Shown one piece after another: positions 51,312 to 60,847 of a stretch of DNA of 64,000 nt. Where the stretch lies: positions 1,823 to 65,822 of the IMG/VR virus record IMGVR_UViG_2687453454_000003; one strand, written 5' to 3'. Position 1 is the first letter of the stretch; each line of letters opens with the position of its first letter. The notes beneath the pieces are model-generated. The model was not told the origin of the DNA, did no database searches, and saw only the letters and a program-made list of their open reading frames with translations. The position numbers and the translations under genes are program-made. The stretch comes from a virus. Lineage: Duplodnaviria > Heunggongvirae > Uroviricota > Caudoviricetes.

Positions 51312-52307
51312 TCAGGCCAGCACACCAATTGCCAGTGCACGATCGATAAAACGAAATATCAGCTCCAGCTGGGAGCCATACTTCTCTTCAAATGCCACGG
51401 TATCCGCATGCAGCTCGTCGTGATGCTTTCTGCACAAAGGCAACACAAAGAGGTCATGCGCTTTTGTACCCATTCCCCCCTGACCGTGGCCTATCAGGTG
51501 GTGGGGATCATCAGCGGGCTTTCCACAACATGCACACGGCTGTGTCTTAACCCAGCGCGTGTACTTCTCATTAACCCAGCGGCGACGTTTTGGGCGTAAC
51601 ATAAAAGACTCCGGCGACTCCGGATCCACTTTCAGCGCCAGCACCTTTTTTGCCTTATCCTGGATGATGCTGGTGGCAGGAACCGAAGGCACAAGGTCAC
51701 TTTCCCGGGTGACAGACGGCACAACAGGCTTTGGTAATCTCAGTGCCTTACGGGCTGCACTTTCCGGTAAGGCATCCGCTAGGTCATTACGAATCAGCCA
51801 CCAGCACAGTTCCGGCATTGTCACAACGTGACTATCATCAAAACCGAGATCCCGACGCACAACAGACAACACCCAGCGGGCACAGTTATCCGTTGCCATT
51901 GATTCCAGCCGTTCCGTGAACTGATCGCGCAGCTGGTTATCACAGTGCCAGCACAGACGGATTGCGCCCGGAGCGTGTCGCATTGTGGTCATGTTCTCGC
52001 TGTGCCAGTCGGAATGAGGCCACTGGCAGCCTTTTTCACGAAGTAACCAGCTTTCAAGACATTTCACGCCACCAGCACGACGGATCACTGCCTCATTGCG
52101 GAACACGGCCCGAACAGCAGGATCATCCGCCAGCGGTTGTGATGCCGCGGGAACGGCACCACTGGCGAAAGATGAATAACGTTCCGGCTCAGGCTCCAGC
52201 AGTACACGCCCCTGCATAAACAGGGGCATCAGCTCTGAACCTGGTCTGAACAATACGATCCCCATACGCGGGGCAATTTCAGGAGTCAGTAGTGCTCTCA
52301 CGGTCAC
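51312..52307 (-). CDS. DUF968-family prophage protein with C-terminal HNH-like Cys/His motif
   Basis: 331 aa; C-terminal CACCGKPADDPHHL...CRKHHDELH; common upstream of Q in lambdoid prophages. Confidence 0.7.
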   Translation of the reverse strand: MTVRALLTPEIAPRMGIVLFRPGSELMPLFMQGRVLLEPEPERYSSFASGAVPAASQPLADDPAVRAVFRNEAVIRRAGGVKCLESWLLREKGCQWPHSDWHSENMTTMRHAPGAIRLCWHCDNQLRDQFTERLESMATDNCARWVLSVVRRDLGFDDSHVVTMPELCWWLIRNDLADALPESAARKALRLPKPVVPSVTRESDLVPSVPATSIIQDKAKKVLALKVDPESPESFMLRPKRRRWVNEKYTRWVKTQPCACCGKPADDPHHLIGHGQGGMGTKAHDLFVLPLCRKHHDELHADTVAFEEKYGSQLELIFRFIDRALAIGVLA

Positions 52308-52308
52308 C

Positions 52309-53118
52309 TCAATGAACGGTATCGAGCAGCTTTAACAGCTCAGTGAATCGGGATTCGAAGAAATGCGGCTGCGTCTCGCGCGGATTTGCAGGACTGGTGA
52401 TGTTCTTGCCGAACATGCAGCCTTTCGCCGTCAGCGACCAGAATTTTTTGATGTTGTTAATCGCTGTACGGCTGTATCGTTCGCGCTGTTCGACGATCCC
52501 CAGCTTCGCCATCTGGTGATATGCCTGATTAGCCGTCAGGCGGATACCATACTGCTTCAGCAGTGCACTCAGTGACAGCGTGGGGCGGCTTGAGCCATCA
52601 GGCGCGTCAGCAGGAGCATCAATGGCATAACGCGGTGCCAGATTCGGTAAGCCAACAGCCTCCTGGAGTTTCTGACAGGCCCCAAGCACAGATGAGTTAG
52701 ACAGATTTAACTCCCGGCGCATAAAGTCCAGCAGAATCACGCCAGCCTGCATCTTGTCAGCAGCCTGTCCGGATAACTTTTCCGGCGCGCTGGTTACCAT
52801 ATCGAAAGTACGGATCACCTTCAGATGGAATGACGGGCTGATCCACATTGCATAGGCATACACCAGTTCCTTACAGACATACGTTCCCCGTTCATTTCCC
52901 CCATGAATCACACTCACCGGGTCAACACCCAAATTCTGGGTGTTGATTAATTCATGAACAAGATCAATAGTTTGTTGGCTGGAAAGAAACTTTCCTGGCT
53001 CCTTGGTTCTGGCATTTGCACCAGATGCTACTGCTGCGCGATGCAGATCGTTCAGGCTGTAACGCTCATAAGCATCACGACGAACTTCAATACCATCAAT
53101 GACCATCAGATTATTCAT
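52309..53118 (-). CDS. KilA-N domain antirepressor-like protein
   Basis: 269 aa; N-terminal region MVIDGIEVRRDAYERYSLNDLHRA consistent with KilA-N DNA-binding domain. Confidence 0.6.
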   Translation of the reverse strand: MNNLMVIDGIEVRRDAYERYSLNDLHRAAVASGANARTKEPGKFLSSQQTIDLVHELINTQNLGVDPVSVIHGGNERGTYVCKELVYAYAMWISPSFHLKVIRTFDMVTSAPEKLSGQAADKMQAGVILLDFMRRELNLSNSSVLGACQKLQEAVGLPNLAPRYAIDAPADAPDGSSRPTLSLSALLKQYGIRLTANQAYHQMAKLGIVEQRERYSRTAINNIKKFWSLTAKGCMFGKNITSPANPRETQPHFFESRFTELLKLLDTVH

Positions 53119-53137
53119 ACTTCGTTTCTCCTCTTAA

Positions 53138-53526
53138 TCAGGCAGCTGCACCCGCCGTTTTCTCGTACTTACTGATAGTGATCTCGACCTTTCCTTCCGG
53201 GATAACCGGTCCCCACTCCACCAGCATTCTTTTCACCTGACTGTCGTCTTCCCACACCCCGCGTGGGTCAGGGCGTCAAACAGCGCCTTGTTATAGTTGT
53301 CCAGATCGCGGATCCTGTTATCCGGAGGAAACAACACGATCTCCACTGAAGCAGGTGCCGACGTTGGTTTCGGCAGACGACGTAACTGCTCAACTATTGC
53401 TGCGCACGCCGCGCTCTGGAATTTTCGCCCCGCCGCGCTTATCAGGCTCTTACCAGCAAACGCCCCTTTGTTGGGGTGTCGCCAGTACGTGTTCACGCTG
53501 GGCGGAAAAGGCAGGATCAGCTTCAT
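53138..53526 (-). pseudogene. rusA: rusA (Holliday junction resolvase) disrupted by a frameshift in a G/C homopolymer
   Basis: N-terminal 97 codons (PFPPSVNTYWR...DLDNYNKALFDALTHAG) stop early; the RusA C-terminus continues in another frame (VWEDDSQVKRMLVEWGPVIPEGKVEITISKYE) to a TGA at 53138-53140; the frames meet at run CCCC 53257-53260. Confidence 0.7.
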
Positions 53527-53849
53527 ACTTTCAGGCCCCTCTCATGTAACCAGTGGGTTGCACGCAGCCTTGCGTTTTCCTCACCGGCAAGCAGTGAGCG
53601 GATAATCCCGACCGCCTCGCTGTCGTCGTCCTTCACCGCGGTATGAAGCGTGATGCCCCGGGCCACGCCACGCTTTATCGTGATGACGCCTTTTTTCTCC
53701 AGTGCGCGAAGATGCTCCACCGCTGCATTCACTGAACGGTATCCCAGCATGGTTGCCACCTCCTGATTGGTTGGCGGGAAGCCACGTTCTTTCTGATAAG
53801 AAATCAGCATATCCAGCACCTGCTGCTGGCATTGAGTTAACGTCGTCAT
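53523..53849 (-). CDS. LexA-N-terminal-like winged-helix DNA-binding protein
   Basis: 108 aa; LTQCQQQVLDMLISYQKERGFPPTNQEVATMLGYRSVNAAVEHLRALEKKGVI resembles the LexA DNA-binding domain; no peptidase domain. Confidence 0.5.
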   Translation of the reverse strand: MTTLTQCQQQVLDMLISYQKERGFPPTNQEVATMLGYRSVNAAVEHLRALEKKGVITIKRGVARGITLHTAVKDDDSEAVGIIRSLLAGEENARLRATHWLHERGLKV

Positions 53850-54499
53850 GCCGCCATCTCCCTGACCAGTTTTTCTGCCTGCTGGCGAACCTGCGCCAGA
53901 AAGGCCTCACCACATGCCTCAAGTTCATAGCGCCCGATGTAGCTGATTGCCGGTCCCTTCCAGGTCTTGTCGAAAACAGCAATAGCACCAGCGAAGAAAG
54001 CGCCTGTCGGCACCTGCTTCTCATCCTTCGGGATAAACCAGGCAGGCAGTTCAAAACCAATACGCCCGCGAATAAAAGCAATATGATCTGCATCTTCCGG
54101 CCACCACACTTCGCTGGTGGCAGCTTTGATCAGGAAAACATAGCGCCCGCCTTTATCACGCATGGCACTGGCATGCTTCATGATGTAACGCATGCCGGTG
54201 ATGTATTGCCCCTCATGCTGACTGGCGCGGCTGTATGGGGGATTACCAAAGGCAGCACCTTTAAGCTCCGCAAGGCGTTCTGACCAGTCATGCGCCAGCG
54301 CGTTGTCTTCCGCCGTGTAATACGCAGCACATTTGGCGTTATCACCGTCAGTAAACAGATCCAGAACAAACGGGCCAAACAGAGTGTTAATTCCCCAGAA
54401 AATGTTGTCCGGCGTGCGCCACTGATCGCCCACTTCCTTCAGTTCATGGGCTGGTTTGTTCCGCAGTTCCGCCAGCGCCTGGCAATATTTATTACTCAT
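53846..54499 (-). CDS. phage Dam-type N6-adenine DNA methyltransferase
   Basis: Catalytic motif FGNPPYS; start refined to MSNKYCQ (TAATG overlap with upstream gene; GTGGGGG SD). Confidence 0.8.
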   Translation of the reverse strand: MSNKYCQALAELRNKPAHELKEVGDQWRTPDNIFWGINTLFGPFVLDLFTDGDNAKCAAYYTAEDNALAHDWSERLAELKGAAFGNPPYSRASQHEGQYITGMRYIMKHASAMRDKGGRYVFLIKAATSEVWWPEDADHIAFIRGRIGFELPAWFIPKDEKQVPTGAFFAGAIAVFDKTWKGPAISYIGRYELEACGEAFLAQVRQQAEKLVREMAA

Positions 54500-54993
54500 T
54501 AAGCCCCCACGTAATTCCCTGAGAGATACCACTCTTCACCTGATGCAGCCCGCTTACTGCTTTTCCGTAAACACCGTTCACGACGCGCCAGAAAATTGTT
54601 TCGTTCTGGCTGGGAGTGGCTTTCACGGAATGCCGCCATCCACACCGTTGCAGCACGACGGTATAAGCCCCTGGACTCCAGTTCTTCCGCCTGGCGGGTC
54701 AGGCACAAAATCACCCGCGGGTCGTTAGTGCCGACATAGAAATTGCGCACAGGTCTGGTTTCACGAACTGGTTGTGGTTCCGGATCCTGCGCTCTCTCAG
54801 TCAGGCGCGGGAAATGTCTGTGTGTATCTCCTTCACAACGGTGAGCCACACGCCCACTCTGACGTAACTTGCTTGCTGACTGCAGAACGCGCTGCCGTGA
54901 GTAACCTGCAAAAGCATCCGCAATGTCTCCGGAAGTACAGCCCGGATGGGCTTCAATGAATTTCTGAACGTCATTCAAAAGACTCATGATCAC
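54499..54993 (-). CDS. hypothetical protein (164 aa)
   Basis: ORF track; downstream of the replication initiator; no family recognised. Confidence 0.4.
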   Translation of the reverse strand: MIMSLLNDVQKFIEAHPGCTSGDIADAFAGYSRQRVLQSASKLRQSGRVAHRCEGDTHRHFPRLTERAQDPEPQPVRETRPVRNFYVGTNDPRVILCLTRQAEELESRGLYRRAATVWMAAFRESHSQPERNNFLARRERCLRKSSKRAASGEEWYLSGNYVGA

Positions 54994-55931
54994 CCCCTGA
55001 ATCCTGCCGGGATCTGGCTGTAGTCCACGTTGTCGTAACTGGCTTTGAAGTACGGGTCTTCACGTTTTTCTGTGTGCGTGCTGACGGACGGCGATAAGCG
55101 CAGGGAAAGCTCATCCCATTTTTCCCGCAACTTCGACGGGCTGAGCACGTTACGGCACCAGAACGGATCGCGGCTGACGCGGCTGTACATCTCGCAGATT
55201 TGTTTGTGAGTACGACCATCCTGCACACACATCAGGCGAATTTCGTTTGCCCAGGCTGTCCAGTTCGGTTCTTTGGGACGAACCACCTCGCCGTCACATT
55301 CGGCGGCCTGCTCGTACAGGGCAATGATTTTTTTCCAGAGCCACTGTGCGCAGGTCAAATCATCCTGCGTTCCCCACTGGCGCTTTTTAGGGCTGAATAC
55401 AACCGCATCAGGATGGCGAGTTAAAAAATCCTGTTCAGCCGTCTGCGTGTCCGGTTGCGAAGCGTCCGGACGAGAAGGTTTTTTATCTGACGGATCATGT
55501 TTTGATTTTACTGACGGATCCCCGCCAGATTCTGACGGGTGAAAACCCGCTTTTTTGCCAGATTTCGACGCATCAAATTTTGACGTGTCAGATTTTGATA
55601 CGTCAGATTTTGACGGGTCAGAATCTGACAGTTGAGAAAATGCCGCTGCCTGAAGCTTCGCAACGTTAAGCTGATAAACATTCGACGCATTGCGGTTACC
55701 CTGGCGACGCGCCTTACGCGTTAACCAGCCTTCTGCTTCCAGCCGTGCGATAGCCGTTCTGACGGTACTCATCCCCGCGCCAATCTGACGGGCAATAGTT
55801 TCAATTGATGGCCAGCACACACCTTCGTCATTACTGAAATCAGCCAGGCGGGCCATAATTGCCACGCTGGATAATTTCATGCCTGACGCAGCGCAACCAT
55901 CCCATACATAGCCGGTTAATTTAGTGCTCAT
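54990..55931 (-). CDS. replication initiation protein (O-like, N-terminal winged-helix) containing ori iterons
   Basis: 313 aa; N-terminal HTH-like region; central repetitive Ser/Asp/Lys-rich linker encoded by the iteron DNA. Confidence 0.7.
   Translation of the reverse strand: MSTKLTGYVWDGCAASGMKLSSVAIMARLADFSNDEGVCWPSIETIARQIGAGMSTVRTAIARLEAEGWLTRKARRQGNRNASNVYQLNVAKLQAAAFSQLSDSDPSKSDVSKSDTSKFDASKSGKKAGFHPSESGGDPSVKSKHDPSDKKPSRPDASQPDTQTAEQDFLTRHPDAVVFSPKKRQWGTQDDLTCAQWLWKKIIALYEQAAECDGEVVRPKEPNWTAWANEIRLMCVQDGRTHKQICEMYSRVSRDPFWCRNVLSPSKLREKWDELSLRLSPSVSTHTEKREDPYFKASYDNVDYSQIPAGFRG
55509..55633. repeat. ori iterons: about 7 direct repeats with roughly 15-bp period (GATTTTGACGGGT-like)
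   Basis: ttttactgacggat, gattctgacgggt, gatttcgacgcat, aattttgacgtgt, gattttgatacgt, gattttgacgggt, gaatctgacagtt read directly; lies inside the replication gene as in lambda ori/O. Confidence 0.6.
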
Positions 55932-55940
55932 GACCGACCT

Positions 55941-56279
55941 CTATTTCCCTGAATTTACGACGAAACTGTTCGAGCGGGCTGAAGCACTCATGCTCATAGC
56001 CTTCACGGAGGTAGATAACCCGTTGTGTTTCCGGCTCCCAACGAATGACTCTGACGGGCACTCCGTAGTGATCTTTGAACCAGCGGTTAACTTATCGCAA
56101 AGGACTGTCTCCTTCTGCCGGTTGAAATCCCCCACAGCCCACTCAGCAAAGCTGTGGGTTACAATTTCCCTGTCACCTGGTACATTTACTGCATAGCAAT
56201 ACTCCACCTTCGCTTTTCCACCCGGTACAGGAAGCGCAATCAGTTGCGAGCGACGGTAGTGTGTTGTTAAACTGTTCAT
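55941..56279 (-). CDS. hypothetical protein (boundaries uncertain)
   Basis: ORF track only; C-terminal half looks low-complexity. Confidence 0.25.
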   Translation of the reverse strand: MNSLTTHYRRSQLIALPVPGGKAKVEYCYAVNVPGDREIVTHSFAEWAVGDFNRQKETVLCDKLTAGSKITTECPSESFVGSRKHNGLSTSVKAMSMSASARSNSFVVNSGK

Positions 56280-56833
56280 GCGTTAGTTTCTCCACAACCA
56301 GAAGCAATCGACGCCACGACGCCCGGAGCTGCACACTCGCGGGCGTCATTACTTTCTGAAACGCAAAAAATTTTGTAGACAAGTGCTGCATGCTCCTGCA
56401 GCTTCGAAATTGAGAGGTACAGCTCGTCGTTAATTGCTGTCTTCTCATGCGGTTCCACTACACCGTCTTCGATTGCCGAACGAATCTGTTTTGAATAACT
56501 GCCGATCTGTTCAATGACTTCCAGTAAACGCTGGTTAATATCGGCATTGTCCACATCCTCGACGTCAGGAAGAGACACAAAGACGCCATTTGCAGACTGC
56601 GCCACAGCGTCGGCAATGAAGTGAGTGCCACCAGCACGTTGTAAAATCATTGCCCATCCCAGCGGGAAAATCTGATCGCCATCGGCACGAAGGCGGTTAA
56701 ATAATGCGTTCTCTGTTACATCCAGCCACTCAGCAGCTTCAGCGTAACCCCCCGGCAACGCCGCGATAGTTTTTCTGACAGCTTTCACGTACCACTCAGG
56801 CTGTTTTTCCACTTTCCAGTGATGATTACCCAC
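56276..56833 (-). CDS. putative CII-like early regulatory protein
   Basis: 185 aa immediately downstream of cro with overlapping start; assignment by position and vague family recollection only. Confidence 0.4.
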   Translation of the reverse strand: MGNHHWKVEKQPEWYVKAVRKTIAALPGGYAEAAEWLDVTENALFNRLRADGDQIFPLGWAMILQRAGGTHFIADAVAQSANGVFVSLPDVEDVDNADINQRLLEVIEQIGSYSKQIRSAIEDGVVEPHEKTAINDELYLSISKLQEHAALVYKIFCVSESNDARECAAPGVVASIASGCGETNA

Positions 56834-57086
56834 GGCTTACCTCCTGTTCCTGTGGTTTAAACCCATTCTGGTTTTGGCTAGATTGAAAACGTGCCGGATA
56901 AAGAATCTGCATTTCGCTGATTTCACCCTTAAAAAAATTGGCCAGACGTTCTGCAAGATCGATAGATGGAATTTGTTCCAGTCTTTCAATACGACTCAGC
57001 GTCGCTGGATTGACCTGAACGCCAGCAGCAACATGCTGCAAAGTAAATCCGTGCGCCTTACGCACATTCCGTAATGGTGATTGCAT
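56826..57086 (-). CDS. cro: Cro-like HTH repressor (XRE family)
   Basis: 86 aa; HTH FTLQHVAAGVQVNPATLSRIERLEQIPSIDLAERLANFF; divergent from cI; GGAGG SD. Confidence 0.8.
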   Translation of the reverse strand: MQSPLRNVRKAHGFTLQHVAAGVQVNPATLSRIERLEQIPSIDLAERLANFFKGEISEMQILYPARFQSSQNQNGFKPQEQEVSRG

Positions 57087-57183
57087 ATAACCTCCACATA
57101 TTGCGTGATGAGCATATTATTTCACGCAAATATTTTGCGCAAGTTGATTTGCTTAACGCGCAATAAAGAAATGTAATAAACGC
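57087..57183. promoter_or_regulatory. OR-like operator/promoter region between cro and cI
   Basis: Dyads TTGCGTGA-N13-TCACGCAA (57101-57129), palindrome TTGCGCAA (57135-57142), and TTGCTTAACGCGCAA (57149-57163). Confidence 0.55.
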
Positions 57184-57876
57184 ATGAACATAGGAAACCG
57201 AGTCAGACAACTTCGCCAGGCGAAGAACATGAAAATCGCCGATCTCGCTGAAGCAATAGGAGTGGATGCGGCGAATATCTCACGCCTGGAAACAGGTAAG
57301 CAGAAACAATTCACTGAACAAGCCCTGAGTAATATTGCCAGGAGCTTAGGTGTTGATATTGCTGATCTCTTTACCTCAGACGTCAAAAGTAATACTGTAT
57401 GTAAAAACAGTATTAGTGAGGATGTTGCGCAGGTGAAGGATGTATTCCGTATTGAAATGCTGGATGTCAGTGCCAGTGCGGGAAATGGCCTTATCCAGGG
57501 CGGTGATGTCATTGATGTGATTCATGCCATTGAATACAGAACTGATAATGCTGTATCGATGTTTGGCGGACGGCCAGCCAATCACATTAAAGTTATCAAC
57601 GTTCGTGGGGACAGTATGTGTCCAACCATTGAGCCAGGAGATCTCATCTTCGTTGATGTCAGTATCAATCAGTTTGATGGAGATGGTATCTATGTATTTG
57701 GTTTTGATGATAAAATTTATGTCAAACGACTGCAAATGATACCTGACAAACTACTGGTGATTTCTGATAACCAGATTTACCGTGAATGGGGAATTACCAG
57801 CGAAAATGAACACCGGTTTATGGTCTTTGGAAAGGTCTTAATCAGCCAGTCACAAACCCTTAAGCGACACAATTAA
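57184..57876 (+). CDS. cI: CI-type prophage repressor (N-terminal HTH + C-terminal S24 LexA-like peptidase domain)
   Basis: 230 aa; HTH VRQLRQAKNMKIADLAEAIGVDAANISRLE; C-terminal autocleavage-domain features (VRGDSMCPTIEPGDLIFVD ... KRL). Confidence 0.9.
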   Translation: MNIGNRVRQLRQAKNMKIADLAEAIGVDAANISRLETGKQKQFTEQALSNIARSLGVDIADLFTSDVKSNTVCKNSISEDVAQVKDVFRIEMLDVSASAGNGLIQGGDVIDVIHAIEYRTDNAVSMFGGRPANHIKVINVRGDSMCPTIEPGDLIFVDVSINQFDGDGIYVFGFDDKIYVKRLQMIPDKLLVISDNQIYREWGITSENEHRFMVFGKVLISQSQTLKRHN

Positions 57877-57931
57877 CCCTTACCTCCTCATCAATTAGCC
57901 ACCCAAAGGTGGCTTTTCATCACCCTTTAAA

Positions 57932-57984
57932 TTGCATACCTCGCAACAAAAACACTTGCATAATGCGCAACTTCATTTTATCTT
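57932..57984 (+). promoter_or_regulatory. OL/pL-like region: two 15-bp TTGC-N7-GCAA dyads overlapping a candidate promoter
   Basis: TTGCATACCTCGCAA (57932-57946) and TTGCATAATGCGCAA (57956-57970); candidate -35 TTGCAT (57956-57961) and -10 TATCTT (57979-57984), 17-bp spacing. Confidence 0.45.
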
Positions 57985-58578
57985 TCTTTCCAGACAAACA
58001 AACAAGGTACTAACAAAATTTGGTTGTAACACGGCGTATGGCACATGCGTCGTTAGCGGTCTGGGGACGTTAAAGGGGACAATCCACTCCTTGCTCGGGC
58101 AAACAAACCAGGTAGCCGGAATGTGCAAGTCAATGATGATGCTGATAAGACGCCTAACCAGCGTGGCGATTCGGTTTGACGCCTGGGAAGAGACCAGGGT
58201 GCAACGATGAGGGCATTTATGGAGCCGCGACAAAGTGTGGTGCCGTAACTGGCTAAGTGCTCTCAGCGTTGTGGTAATCCGCGAAATGGCGCGGCGGTAA
58301 GTATGGCGGGGTTACTCTTTCCCCGTTGAGGACACCGGATTGTCAGGTTGACCATACGCCTGAGTGACAACCCCACCACAACAGCCACTGCTTTGGCGGT
58401 ACCAGCTTGTATCCTTGCTTCCGGCTGGTACCGTCCTTTTTACAAAACAGAGAAGAGCATCACCGGACGACGGGCTCATAACCCAATCCATCCGGGCGGC
58501 TGCCACCGCAGGTGTTCTTCTCTGTTTTGTGGAGAAACCAACCGACTTTGCAGGGTCGATATGATGAGGAGCAGCAAA

Positions 58579-58941
58579 ATGGCTAGCGAACGCAGTACTG
58601 ATGTGCAGGCATTTATCGGGGAGCTGGACGGCGGCGTATTTGAAACCAAAATCGGCGCAGTTCTCAGTGAAGTCGCTTCCGGTGTGATGAACACGAAAAC
58701 CAAAGGGAAGGTCTCACTCAACCTGGAAATCGAACCATTTGATGAGAACCGTGTGAAAATCAAACACAAACTCTCATATGTTCGCCCGACTAACCGCGGG
58801 AAAATTTCCGAAGAAGACACCACCGAAACGCCGATGTATGTCAATCGCGGTGGTCGCCTGACTATTCTGCAGGAAGACCAGGGACAATTACTGACTCTTG
58901 CCGGTGAACCTGACGGAAAACTCCGCGCAGCAGGTCATTAA
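58579..58941 (+). CDS. hypothetical early-left protein (120 aa)
   Basis: ATG at 58579 with AGGAG SD; upstream part of the track ORF (from 58348) judged non-coding. Confidence 0.4.
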   Translation: MASERSTDVQAFIGELDGGVFETKIGAVLSEVASGVMNTKTKGKVSLNLEIEPFDENRVKIKHKLSYVRPTNRGKISEEDTTETPMYVNRGGRLTILQEDQGQLLTLAGEPDGKLRAAGH

Positions 58942-59005
58942 TACGTTATTAATAAACTGATTATTTATCTCATCACTGAATATCTTTATATAGTGAGGAC
59001 TTATT

Positions 59006-59830
59006 ATGTCTCAGAACTTAGACGCAACCGCAATTAATCAAATCCATGCCCTTATTTCTGCTCAGGGTGTTAATGAAATTATCAGTAAGATTGGTGCCGA
59101 TGCTGTGGCATTGCCTGAGAATTTCCGCATTCATGATCTGGAAAAATTTAATTTAAATCGCTTCCGTTTCCGTGGTGCGCTTTCCACTGCCAGCATCGAT
59201 GACTTTACCCGTTATTCTAAAGATCTTGCAGATGAAGGCACCCGCTGCTTTATCGATGCTGATAATATGCGTGCCGTCAGTGTGCTTAACCTGGGTACTA
59301 TTGATGAACCAGGTCACGCAGATAACACCGCCACTCTCAAACTGAAAAAGACAGCACCGTTCTCTGCACTGTTGTCTGTTAACGGCGAGCGTAACTCCCA
59401 GAAGTCTCTGGCAGAATGGATTGAAGACTGGGCCGACTACCTTGTGGGCTTTGATGCTAATGGTGATGCCATTCAGGCAACAAAAGCGGCTGCGGCGGTC
59501 CGTAAAATCACGATTGAAGCAAACCAGACCGCTGATTTTGAAGATAATGACTTCAGCGGCAAACGCTCCCTGATGGAGTCTGTCGAAGCGAAGACCAAAG
59601 ACATTATGCCAGTGGCATTTGAGTTTAAATGCGTTCCGTTTGAAGGTCTGAAAGAACGTCCGTTTAAATTACGCCTCAGCATTATCACTGGCGATCGTCC
59701 GGTACTGGTTCTGCGCATTATTCAGCTGGAAGCGGTGCAGGAAGATATGGCTAACGAATTTCGTGATCTGCTTGTTGAGAAATTCAAGGACAGCAAAGTA
59801 GAAACCTTTATTGGGACTTTCACCGCCTGA
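59006..59830 (+). CDS. yfdQ: YfdQ-like protein (DUF2303-type)
   Basis: 274 aa, same length and gene-order context as recalled for E. coli CPS-53 yfdQ, preceding an HD-domain gene; assignment from memory. Confidence 0.5.
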   Translation: MSQNLDATAINQIHALISAQGVNEIISKIGADAVALPENFRIHDLEKFNLNRFRFRGALSTASIDDFTRYSKDLADEGTRCFIDADNMRAVSVLNLGTIDEPGHADNTATLKLKKTAPFSALLSVNGERNSQKSLAEWIEDWADYLVGFDANGDAIQATKAAAAVRKITIEANQTADFEDNDFSGKRSLMESVEAKTKDIMPVAFEFKCVPFEGLKERPFKLRLSIITGDRPVLVLRIIQLEAVQEDMANEFRDLLVEKFKDSKVETFIGTFTA

Positions 59831-59957
59831 TTTCATTACTGCAAATGCCCCTGCGGGGGCATTTATGGAAATGTAATTGACTCAATAATCGCCGGACGGT
59901 GAGGGCTTCCTTTTACCCGAATTCAGCGCGGTGCAGCGCATATACGTGGAGAACAAA

Positions 59958-60494
59958 ATGTCATTTATTAAAACTTTTTCCGGGAAGCATTTTTATTATG
60001 ACAGGATAAATAAAGACGACATCGATATTAACGATATCGCAGTTTCCCTTTCAAATATCTGTCGCTTTGCCGGTCATCTTTCGCACTTCTACAGCGTCGC
60101 CCAACATGCGGTTCTTTGCAGCCAGCTGGTGCCGCAGGAATTTGCTTTTGAAGCGTTAATGCATGATGCAACAGAAGCGTATTGCCAGGACATTCCCGCA
60201 CCACTGAAACGCCTTCTTCCTGACTATAAACAAATGGAAGAAAAAATAGACGCCGTAATCCGTGAGAAATACGGGTTACCCCCAGTTATGAGTACGCCCG
60301 TGAAATATGCCGATCTCATCATGCTGGCAACCGAACGCCGCGATCTCGGGCTTGATGATGGCTCTTTCTGGCCTGTACTGGAAGGTATCCCGGCAACAGA
60401 GATGTTCAACGTGATTCCACTGGCACCGGGCCATGCCTACGGGATGTTTATGGAACGCTTTAACGAGTTATCGGAGTTACGCAAATGCGCATGA
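59958..60494 (+). CDS. yfdR: HD-domain phosphohydrolase (YfdR-like 5'-deoxynucleotidase)
   Basis: 178 aa from the internal ATG at 59958; HD motif residues (H...HD...D: AQHAVLCSQ, MHDATEAY); size/order match to yfdR as recalled. Confidence 0.6.
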   Translation: MSFIKTFSGKHFYYDRINKDDIDINDIAVSLSNICRFAGHLSHFYSVAQHAVLCSQLVPQEFAFEALMHDATEAYCQDIPAPLKRLLPDYKQMEEKIDAVIREKYGLPPVMSTPVKYADLIMLATERRDLGLDDGSFWPVLEGIPATEMFNVIPLAPGHAYGMFMERFNELSELRKCA

Positions 60495-60847
60495 ATGTTT
60501 TCGAAATGGAAGGGTTTCTTCGTGGGAGATGTGTACCGCGAGATCTGAAAGTAAATGAAACAGATGCTGAATACCTGGTACGTAAATTCGATGCGCTTGA
60601 AGCTAAATGTGCAGCACAGGAAAACAAAGTAATACCAGTGTCAACTGAACTGCCACCAGCAAATGAAAGTGTTTTGTTATTCGATGCTAACGGAGAAGGC
60701 TGGCTAATTGGCTGGCGTTCTCTCTGGTACACCTGGGGACAAAAAGAAACCGGAGAATGGCAGTGGACATTTCAGGTCGGGGACCTTGAAAACGTCAATA
60801 TCACTCCCTGGGCAGTAATGCCAAAAGCACCGGAGGCTGGAGCATAA
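60485..60847 (+). CDS. YfdS-like hypothetical protein (120 aa)
   Basis: Size and order after the HD gene; overlaps upstream gene by 10 nt. Confidence 0.45.
   Translation: MRMNVFEMEGFLRGRCVPRDLKVNETDAEYLVRKFDALEAKCAAQENKVIPVSTELPPANESVLLFDANGEGWLIGWRSLWYTWGQKETGEWQWTFQVGDLENVNITPWAVMPKAPEAGA

Noticed and set aside
57932-58210. 92-aa TTG-start ORF downstream of cI
   Set aside because: Start codon lies inside the operator-like dyads; more likely the OL/pL regulatory region; no N-like Arg-rich motif seen
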